DNA of 64,000 nt from Antedon mediterranea. Its lineage: Eukaryota; Animalia; Echinodermata. This document shows positions 10,801-22,800 of the stretch, piece after piece. The first letter of the stretch is position 1. Each line of letters starts with the position of its first letter. Position numbers and translations under genes: made by a program. The DNA lies in the NCBI RefSeq assembly GCF_964355755.1, contig NC_092673.1, forward strand, positions 34,345,648-34,409,647, in the 5' to 3' direction. The notes beneath the pieces were generated by a model that saw only the letters and a program-made list of their open reading frames with translations, was not told where the DNA came from and made no database searches.

Positions 10801-13800
10801 TTGGTACACTATAAGTGCTGATCTGGTTAGGTGCTGGCTGTCATGGGTCAGTAGAACACTCAATCCAAATTTCCTCAGTTTCCAATTATTAGCTTGTAAA
10901 TACCTTTACCCTTTTGAAGAACCCTTTCAATTTTAAGGGCTTTTGTCACGAACTCCTCTTACGTATGTTTCCGAGCGGTTGAAAATACTTTAGGAACTCC
11001 CTTGTGACATAAAAGTATACACACAAAATCCACAAAGTTGTAAAATAACTCAAAAACAAAGCTTTAATTTCAATCAACTTCAACTTTTAACAATCCAGTA
11101 AGCACTTTAAACAACAGCTTCACAATGACTTTACAATATAACATCCAACCTCTAATCCAACAACCTTCTTCAAAATAAATGCTTCAATCAAAATCCTTCT
11201 CCCACTTACAATTGTCATACTTCCCCTTATATACAATATGTTCATAACCTTCTAGATCATTCCTTATACTTCTCATTATTACATGATTACAGTTTCTATT
11301 AATAGGGCTTCTGGAATGTTCTTGATTGTTCTTATTAATTATACATGGTTTCTTAAATCAAAACATCTAATTCTAGAATGTTCATGTAAATACTATGTTA
11401 CTCTATATGTTAGGGAATGGTAATTTATTACACTTTACGCACTATAATATCCAACAATAACCATTTCATTATTTTATTCATTGAAATCATTAAAAAAATG
11501 TCATTAATCTTTAAAAATATAAAACATATTTCTAATTTTGTTGTTTTCAATCACCACGTAATACTAGTAACTGATTCATAGATAGCCATATGTTTGATTT
11601 CAGAAATATTTTGATTGTTTTTTTAATTAAACCTCCATAAAACCTCCATATTTGATTTGTTTTCTTGAACGCTAATACAAATAGCGTAGGTTGAAGTGAT
11701 TTCAAAATGCGTATGTTAGTACATAATTGATTAAACATTTTGGTATCACACAATGTCTTCAAACAAATATTAATTTTGTGCTGACTTCTTTTAATTTAAA
11801 TGTTAAATATTCAAACACTCAGATAAATGTTACAACCATTATCTGTCAAATTTGGTAACATGCTAGCTTTTACTGTAGGTATATTTCACCTTTTGGTTAC
11901 AGTAGGCTACTTTACATTAGTGTTTTCTTCAGATAAGCCAATTCTCCTAGTGTATCTGGCCAAATTCCTAACTACAGTACAGTAATACATGTATTTTCCT
12001 TTACCTCTCCTTAAAAATTTTACCTATGATAAAGTTGTAACATGTGATAAACATGTGATGCTCTATTTCAAAACGTTACCAAAATATATATTTATATAAG
12101 TTCAATATTGAATATCGAAACGTGGCAGGCTGAAGGCGCTTGACCTTTGACAAGATCGCCTAAATTTTTAATATATTAACTTTACAATACTTAGTGTTGT
12201 ATATTCTGGTACAGCCGCTCCATAATCTCTTTGCTTTTCTTCCTTATATCTATATTTTTTAATTTATACTAACAAATATCTTTTTTATTAATATAATAAT
12301 AATAATAATTATATCAAAAATTTATTAAATAATATTCATCGCATAATATGCAATCTACGATAATTTAATTAATTGATATAACAAATTTATTAAATACATA
12401 ACATCATTGGAATAAAAAGAACAAATCACATATCTACACATAATCATAACATCGTATACTCTATCTCTAACAATTTATTCAATCTTCTATCGACTAAAGC
12501 CGAAGTATAGTCGTTATCTCGGGACCGTTCTATGGCCACCACCAGGTAGGCTTACTTCATTAAGGCTTCTATGAATGGATGTACTGGTTGGGAGCAGGAA
12601 CGCTAGTAGACCAAACCCAGTACCGTTTTGATTATGATCAATCGGGAAATTACCTCATGACGTTATATAGGCCTAGGTGCCGACATAGGACTCTAGCAGG
12701 AATGTACTTTCTAGTCATTTCTCACATTCAAAATCTACACTTTTGCACTAACAAACTTTTCCTATTTCTACATCCTAAACTGCTTTTTTATTTTTCTACC
12801 ATCATACCTTCTATATTTTCATCCTTTATCTATTATACGATACAGCATTACACGCGTACATCGTAACGCGAGCATTTCATTCTATACGCATACGCACTTT
12901 TATCGAACATAATTTAAACCAAACCAAATCATACATACAACGATAAGACATCAACCGATTCAGTTCAAAACCAGTTTAAGGTAAACATTTTAAATTTAAA
13001 TTAATTTATGTTTCTATCCACTCTACCATTTTCATATAAAGATATTGTGGAACCACGTCAGGTCAAGTTCAATATTGAATATCGAAACATGGCAGGCTGA
13101 AGGCGCTTGACCTTTGACAAGATCGCCTAAATTTTTAATATATTAACTTTACAATACTTAGTGTTGTATATTCTGGTACAGCCGCTCCATAATCTCTTTG
13201 CTTTTCTTCCTTATATCTATATTTTTTAATTTATACTAACAAATATCTTTTTTATTAATATAATAATAATAATAACTAGATTTGAACTCGTCACTACGGA
13301 CGAGTTAGGTTATCCGCAGAGCAAAAGCCACGTGCACGTCATACGTTAGAATATTGCGCAGAGAAAAACATTATGCCATTGAAAAAATGTTAGTGCGCTC
13401 TCTATTTTACGTCACGTCTAAGTATACACAGTATACACTATATATTGTATACGTACTACATACAGTGAAGAATATGTGAAAATAAGTGGCCCAAGTTATT
13501 GACGCTTTTGGACATGATGACGTCATCACGATTTTAAAAACGGTATATCATGCGAAAGATAATTGATTGGCATAGACAATATAAAAAAATGGGGGGAAAT
13601 GGAATTGGGATAAGTGAAGATGCGCTCTATTAAATGTGATGAGCTATGACGAAAGAGACAAAAATCCTATATTTTATATTTGAGTGGCCATACGATGACG
13701 TCACTATGTCCTGTTAGCCATATCGATGCATGATTCGATATCTACAACTCATCAACTTCCAGAATGTGTAATTTAAAAGAAGTTCACCTCGTAGTTTACA

Positions 13801-16800
13801 ATCTATGACTGTTTTAAAAAAGGCATAATTTTGACAAATTTTTCTACTTTTTCTTCAAAAACGCGCGCAAATTGTTCAATTCTACGTGCTCGTATGACGT
13901 GATTTTAAGTCGAAATTGATTGAAAATTGGTAAATTTACTAGAAAAGGCTGAAAAAACAAAAATCAAGCAAAAAAAACATGTTTTTGCGCTACGTGCGCA
14001 CGCACGCGTAAAAAAAATGCGCACGCGTGGGAATTTTTGAAATGCTCAAAATGCCCTGAAACGCGTAGAAAGTTGATTAGAAATGGATATTTCGCAATTT
14101 GAAATTTTAAACGCGCGTGCGCGCGTAACTTTATGTCAAACATGCCATTTTTAATCCATAGAAAGTTTGCCCTTGATATGACTTAAATGTTCACCAAGTG
14201 TCATTACAAAATGACTTTTGGTTTTTAGTCTATGTTAAATACGCGAAATTCATAAAATCGCGCGTAGCTTACGCTGCGCGACTCTAAAGAAAAAAAACGA
14301 GCTGTCCTGCACTTCTACAGATAGAGGTAAATCTTCTGACAAAGTTATACGATGTAATGTTGATCAGAATTTGAGATACACGTGACACAAAATTTTGGGA
14401 AAGAAAGAAGAATAACATAGAAAACTAGATTTGAACTCGTCACTTTGACGAGTTCGGGTTATCCGCGCATACGCAACATGCACATACTTTAAACTATATG
14501 AACCTCGACAATTATTATGCCATCCTTTGACATGAAATAAAAATGTTTACAGTGCTGAATTGTACCTATTATGTAGCATACCCCATATTACAGTATTTTA
14601 CAGAATAAACTGTATATATGTTATATACAGTGTAGCATAGACGGAATTACGAGACCCATCTTTTAAATCCAATTATTAACACGATGACGTCATCAAATTG
14701 ACATAAAGATAACCACTTTAGAAGATAATTATCTAAATAATTACATTAAAACAAATTTGAAGAATTTTGGGAACGTAAAAGTGAGATGCGCTCTCGTTTA
14801 AACGCAATGAACTTTGACGCAAGAGATGAAAATATGACTTTTTTAATTCAACTGGCCATATGATGACGTCACAACATCCGATTGGCAAAATATTCACATC
14901 AATTCATATCTACAATCCAATAGCTTCCAGAAAACGTTTTAATCATGATTATCACTTTTTAATCTGACGAGCTATAACAGATTGATATTTACTGTAAAGA
15001 TGAAAATAAGTGACCCAAGTTATTTACGTTTTTAGACATGATGACGTCAGAAAAATTAAAATATTTTTTAATTCATGCGAAAGATAGTTGATTGACGTAG
15101 ACAATATTACAATTTCGGGGGAAATGGAATACGTATAAGCGAGATGCGGTTTGTTGAATGTGATGAGCAATAACGAAAGAGTAAAAAATCCTATATTTTA
15201 CATTCGTGTGGCCATACGATGACGTCATAACATTCGAGTGGTAAAGGGGCGGCATGAATTCATATCTACAACATATCTGCTTACATATTAAATTAAAAAA
15301 ATTGGGGGTCGTGGATTAAAAATAAGCTTAATTTTGACAATATGTTGTCACTTTTGCAACTAAAACGCACGCAAATGGTGTAAATCAACGTGTTCGTATG
15401 ACGTCATTTTAATTTGAAATGATGTCAATCTTTTTTAAAATAACTAGGAAAGACCGTAAAATTATAATTCAAGAGAAAAACACATGATTTTCATGCTCCG
15501 TGCGCACCTTACGCGTAATTTTTTCCGCGCGCGTGGGAATTTTTGACATGCTCAAAATGTCATGATCAGCGTAGAAAGTTGATTAGAAATTAATTTTGCG
15601 CATTTTTAATTTTTAAATGCGCGTGCGCGCGTAACTTCTTGTGAAACATGTCATTTTTAATCCATAGAAAGTTTGCCCTTAATTTAACTTAAATTTTCAC
15701 CAAGTGTCAATATAAAATTACTTTTGGTTTATAATCTATGACCAATCATTGAAATTCATAAAATCGCGCGTAACTTACGCTGCGCGACTCTAAAGTCATA
15801 TAACGAAGTTTCTTGCACATCTACAGCTACAGGTCAATCTTATGACAAAGTTATACAATCTTATGTTGACAAGGATGAGAGATATGCGACGCACAAAAAT
15901 CCGGGAAAGAAAGAAGAATAAAGATGAAGAAAAAAGATATTTACAATAACAACTTACTAGTTGCGGATAACCAAAAAAAAAAAAAAAAAAAAAAAAGATC
16001 CTGACAATAACAAGGGGTTATCCGCCAAGTGCGGATAACCAATTATATCAAAAATTTATTAAATAATATTCATCGCATAATATGCAATCTACGATAATTT
16101 AATTAATTGATATAACAAATTTATTAAATACATAACATCATTGGAATAAAAAGAACAAATCACATATCTACACATAATCATAACATCGTATACTCTATCT
16201 CTAACAATTTATTCAATCTTCTATCGACTAAAGCCGAAGTATAGTCGTTATCTCGGGACCGTTCTATGGCCACCACCAGGTAGGCTTACTTCATTAAGGC
16301 TTCTATGAATGGATGTACTGGTTGGGAGCAGGAACGCTAGTAGACCAAACCCAGTACCGTTTTGATCAATCGGGAAATTACCTCATGACATAATACTGTT
16401 CGAAGGTTTGCATGGTGAAATCAATATATTTTGATAACGTTTACAGTACATCACGGATGATCAAAGTATATTGATCAAAACTTTTCTGAACTATATATAT
16501 ATACAGTATGTGATGTACCGCAAACTTTATCAACATATTTTCCTAAAAACTTAATTTAAATACAATTAAAGGAGATTTGTGATTAAAAATAATTCTCATG
16601 ATAAAGTTGTAACATGTGACAAAAATGTGACATTCTATCTCAGAATGAGCTTTCAGAATTTACATTTTTTTTCCCGTTATTAGTTTCCATTAGAATCCCG
16701 AGCTTGTGCAGCAGCCGGTCAAAGTGGTCTCATGTCATTGTATGAAGCTATGTTTTCACAGTATGGACTTACTACAGCACAGGTAATCACATAACATTAA

Positions 16801-19800
16801 TGAGACACCTTCGGGAACCACAAATTGTCACCAATTATATGGATGTTCATTGTAACAGGCTTTATAAAATCAGTTATTACTCCAGGACTGGTTCAGAGGA
16901 AAATGTCCCCTCAATAAAGGAGGTGCTCTGTGTACCTTTTATATATTATGTGCCATGAGCATCTAATTTTTTATGGAAACTGGCACAATATAAGATTTCA
17001 TTATTATTATATTAATTCATAATATTTATATAATATTATATTAGTTCTTCTCCATACTGTATATACCTGATTTGCAGTCAGAGTCTGTAACTTGCGACCT
17101 CGTTCTCTAGCCTGGAAAGCTTGTTGATCGGAGGACAAACCAGCAGGTTTGGTCTCTGTGAAAAACGCCCCTACTTCCCCTTAATATGAATGTCCCAAAG
17201 AAGTGATTTCTACTGTATTCATGATTGGGGGCATTTTCCAATGAAAGGAATGAGAGGAAATATATTTCCTACTACAGTCACCTCTATTTAGAAGATATTT
17301 TGTTGGATCAAAAGGTATCTCTTTATGGGGTCTCTGTATTATATTACAATATATACTTTTCTATGATAAAGATATCTATCAACTGTCTGTTCTTCACTAC
17401 AATAGACTCACCTCAGCAATGCAATACTATTAATTTTTCTTTTTTTTACTCCACAGGTGCTGGTCACCAAGCCAGATTTTTACCATGATTATTCTCGTAC
17501 CAATCTTCGCTCCACAATTAACGAGCTGTTACGCATGAATATTGTACCAATATTAAATGCAAATGATGTAGTATCCCCGCCCCCAGAACCGGATAAGGAC
17601 TTACATGGAGTAAGCGTTAAATTCCATATATATGCTCTATTTTAGAAACTTTTTAAGTTTTATTTACTAAATTACTGGTTTAACAATTTACTATATTCAC
17701 AAGGTTCTACACTTTGAAATAAATTTTTTACAACTGGTTTTATGAGAAAGAAACTTAACCTATGACCTACAGGTATGACATTATGGCCTCCATAGCAACT
17801 GAGGAACAGACACTGAAAAAGTCTACATACAGGAACAAGATAAGCAAACTCTAAAATCTCTAATACTAAGACCAGCAGAATTGTTCCTAAAGCCAAAAAG
17901 ACCTGAAATTCTTTCTTTTTAATATTAATATTTAAAATTCATTTGGAAAACCACACTTGACCAATTAGTTGTTTCTCACCAGCAGGTAATAAGTATCAAG
18001 GACAATGACAGCTTAGCGGCACGTCTGGCGGTTGAGATGAATGCTGATCTTCTGCTTCTACTCTCGGATGTCGATGGGATCTTCAGTGCCCCTCCTGGTC
18101 ATGAGGGATCACGTTTGTTAGACACCGTCTATCCAGGGGACACAGCTGGGGTTGTGTTTGGTGGGAAATCTCGTGTTGGACTTGGGGGTATGGAATCAAA
18201 GGTAAGTGTTGTTTGGTGTGGTTGATTTGAGAACATTTTACATTGCATGCAGTTGAATGGTTTTGACTATTACAGTATTATGATTAGTACGAATTATTAT
18301 TCTAGATTTTATTGTGCACATTTCTTATGAGTACAAAACTTCACCTAAATACTCAGTGCTGCAGAAGAAACATCTATATTTGTATGTGGTATTTCTAAAC
18401 ACTTGAATTGATTGTAAAATTCTCGATTTATCAAAAATATCCTTTATTTCAGGTTAAAGCAGCTAATTGGGCATTGGAACGCGGTGTAGGTGTGATTATT
18501 GCAAATGGTATGTCCCAGCAGCCTGTAATCAGCAATGTGGTGAATGGAAAAAAAGTAGGGACGTTTTTCACAGAGGCCAAACCTGCTGGTTTGTCGTCCG
18601 ATCAACAAGCTTTCAGGGCTAGAGAAGGAGGTCGCAAGTTACAAACTCTGACGGCAGATCAGGTATTATGGAGAAGAACATAATATAATAATTTATATGT
18701 GTATATTAAGAATTAATACAATAATAATACTAATAATATGGAAATATGCTAGATTCCATAAAAAATGAGATGCTCATGGCACATAATATAAAAAAGATAC
18801 ACATCCCTCATATAGGTCAACTTCCAATTAAAGTCTGAAACCTCCAAATGAAGACCACTTTCCATGTCCCACCAGATGAGATGTTCTATTGAGTTGTGGT
18901 TATTAGTTTAAATTGCATCAATATATTATATATTTAAATAAATTACCAGTTTTTCCTGTATCTTGTAATATTAAAGTGAAAATTCCAAGTTATTTGACTA
19001 TAACAGGGAACACTTTCCTCTGAAACAAAAGAGAAATGCATGTCTGGCCAACTCCTATTCAGAGGGTGGTTCTTGAAGGTTTCTGCTGTATTTTGATAGT
19101 ACTACACAAATGGCAAGAAACCAAATTTCATTGAAGTGACCACTTTACCAGATTTTTTCAGTATTATCACTGTATTATGAATGAGCATTTTAAACGTTAG
19201 GTAAATTGTTCATTTACTTTAGTAAATCAGAATTGTGTTTTGCATCAATCAAGTAATGTTGTCATCCAGGTAGGCAGGAAAAAAAAATTAAAAAAAAACA
19301 ATATGAACTCAAGAAAACAATTTGTAATTTGATCACGCAGACCGACAAGAAAATAAAGAACATCAATTAAGACAAATTGAAAGAATCTCTTGGGTTTATA
19401 ACAATCATTATTTTTGTTTTCCCAGCGAGCGGAGATAATCAATAAATTAGCAGATCTTCTTCTTGAAAGACGCGAATCAATCCTAGCCGCCAACAAGATG
19501 GATTTGGATTCAGCAAAACTTGAAGGTACTACAATCAAAAAAGAAATGTAATTCTTTACAAAACTAAAGTTAGATTAGAAGATTTTAAAAAAACATATTT
19601 TCTTTTTTTTTCAGGTAACCTGTCTAGTGCTATGATTGCTCGTCTATCCCTTGACCGTAGCAAGTTGCAAAATTTAGCCAACGGATTGAAGCAGATAGCG
19701 GGAACGTCGCACGAGAACATAGGACGAGTCCTGAAGCGAACCAAGATAGCGGAGGGATTGTTTCTGAAACAGGTTACGGTTCCAATTGGCGTTCTTATGG

Positions 19801-22800
19801 TGATATTTGAGTCCCGTCCAGATTGTCTTCCTCAGGTGATTGCCTATGTGTTATTCAAACGTCACATGTTGGTGTGCGAGACAAATTTGCACTAGAGAAG
19901 ACACATCAGGAATAACTGATTATTTGACAGAGTCAGAGTCAAAATCAGTCAGAGTCAAAATTACAAAATGCTTTAACGCTTGAGGTTGGCTACCACACTG
20001 TAACTCCTACTTCTGTTTTGTTCCATAATTTGACTTTATTTACCTTGTAGTAATAATTACAGAGTAGAACACCAAAGTGACACCTTTAAGTGCATACAAA
20101 GTGTCCTCTTAATAGAGGTGTCTCCTGAGTAGGGTTGTCACAAAAGAGGTTTTCTACTGTATAACCAAAAGAAATTCATTTTCCTGATTGTAAAAACATG
20201 ATCAAAAGTATCTTCTCTGATAAATATCTAGGTTGCTGCTCTGGCTATTGGTAGTGGCAATGGGTTACTTTTGAAAGGTGGCAAAGAAGCCATGCAGACC
20301 AACAAGTACCTTCAGAGTCTGGTGACGGAAGCCCTTGAACTGCATGGCTGTGCTGATGCCGTTGCACTGGTCAGTATTGAAAAACAGGCAGCTTGCAATC
20401 TGTGACAGGTCCTGGGAACATGTTAATTCATTGTGCACATCTGGGGATAATTTTGATAGACTCTAGGCCTAGACGACAAAATATAGAACTTTCAATTTAT
20501 GACAACCTATGACGTTTTGTTAATTTATACATGCGTTTGATTCAGTTTGTTGACCCGATTTCGTCCCTAGTGATGACCTTCAATTCTGTATCATAAACAT
20601 GTGCATTTCAACCTAATTTTACGTGGTGTACCGCAAGCTTTGTATTAACATATTGATTTCACCATGCAAACCTTCAAACAATATATTTTATGTTTATTGT
20701 CTTTTCAAATTATGTTGTGAGGGTCCCTAATAATCAACTTTGGCTGGATGAACCACCCTCGTTAAATATTGTTCAAATAAATAAATAAACTATTTATCTG
20801 TAATATTTATAATCTTAGGTCAGCTCGAGAGAAGAGGTCAGTGATTTATTGAAGTTGAATGACCTTATTGACCTAATTGTGCCAAGAGGTTCCAAAGAAA
20901 TGATCCAAAATATACAAGAGCAAAGCCAAGGAATTCCAGTACTTGGACATAGTGAAGGAATATGCCATGTTTACTTGGATATAGATGCTGATCCAGATAT
21001 GGCGCTGGAAATAGGTATGTAAACAATCTTTGAGGCTGTACAAATACAGTAATAGAGAGTCCACACCAAAAGATTCCTGGTGAAATATGCCATGTCTACT
21101 TGAAAGATCAGAACATCAGTAAAACAAGTTAAACTCTTTCTACACTATCAAACTATGTGACTTCAAAGTGTGATGTGCCCAATTATGGTAGTGATATGAC
21201 ATCATCATGTTCATATATACCCACATCACATTTTTTTGTCACATAAAGTTTGATAGTGTAGACAGAACTTAAGATATCGATCTCAAAGTAAGTATCTTTA
21301 TTAAATAAAAATATGGAGAATGCCTCGCAGCAAGTAAACCAGTATTTATTAAAGGTGTATAATATGCCAAAAAATATCCATAAACCCTGTAAATATTGTC
21401 ACTTGTCGCATACAATTAAAACTTGCAAGGTGCCTAGGATTGAGGCAGCTACAACCCTATTGTGAGCTACAGTATTAATTGTATTAATATTCATCCTCAA
21501 TTGAGGAAATTCAGATTATGCCCTCAGCGCGCAGCAGCTAGTGTAGCGCCTACCATAAACGACAGAGACTGAGATTGACCAGTTCACCTACTCTTCCAAA
21601 AGTTGCTCTGGGTTCTTTAAAGCACACACGAGTCGGATGTGTACAAAGGACCCAAGTTCTTATCGGAGAGGAATTGTTCTACAACCAGAACTACAGCTTG
21701 GCTTAAGTGCTCAGCCACACATCTCAATATCATCATATTGTTGAGATTCAAAACCAAACTCCACAAGACAATAGACAAACATTTATTTTCTAATATGAAA
21801 GAACCAATACATTCACATAGCACTAGACCAAGCTAAACTAAAGGATTGTAAACAAGATTCACTCTACTTATGTTTTGTTTATTTCTCTTAAGCTCTATCT
21901 ACACTATCAAACTAGTTTGGCAAGAAATGTGTGATTTGCCCAAATATGGTAATGATATGCCCAAATATGATAGTGATCTATGCCCAAATATAATAGTGAT
22001 TTGCCTAAATTATGGTAGTGATATGCCCAAATATGGTAGTGATATGACATCATAATGTCCATGGGCACATCACATTTTTGTCACATAAAGTTTGATAGTG
22101 TAGATAGAGGTTTATACTATTTCAAAAAACAAATGTCAGTGAATTCTCAGCCAAACATGTTTAATATAAATATGTGTGTGTGTGTGTGTTCTGCTAGAAA
22201 TTTATCCAACATATAGCGCAAGTTCAACAACCTTACGTTCTGTGTATTTGAAAAGTAATTTAACGCCACACTATAATAAATCTACAATTATGATTATATA
22301 CTTTAAAGATTTAGTAGTTTAAGCTTAATGGTTTTATTTGTTTATGATTTAATCCCTCAGTGGATATTATGTTTATTATTTATTCATATCATATTAATAT
22401 TGCCATAATAATAATTTAGGTTTATGTAATGCTAAAGCCTCAATGCGTTGAACAATATAAATAAAAATACCAAAAAAAAGAGGAAAAAATATAATATTAA
22501 TATTACCATAATAATAATTCAGACTTATGTAATGCATTATGATAAATGCACTGAATAACACAAATTAAAATGCCAGACATTTAAGAAAAATACAGGTAAG
22601 AAAAATACAGGTTAAAAAAGTGATTAAAGCTACCTCAAAATTATAATTATTAATCATAATACTATTTATTAGATAAAATAATTTTACACAAATTTAAATA
22701 AAAAGTTTTATTTTATTCTTTATTATTTACCAATTCCTGTCAGTGTTCTTGCAATATTATTATTATTCAAGGTTTATTCATTAAAATTAAAGTGGGAAAA

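Noticed and set aside
12110-12150. Hammerhead-like words GAAAC and CTGAAGG in the A repeat
   Set aside because: Core is CUGAAGG rather than CUGANGA and stems I and III cannot be formed
12500-12570. Twister-like words TTAATGAAG and GGTCCCGAG on the minus strand
   Set aside because: P4 and the T1 pseudoknot partner are absent, and the motif is not kept in the 22.9-kb homologue
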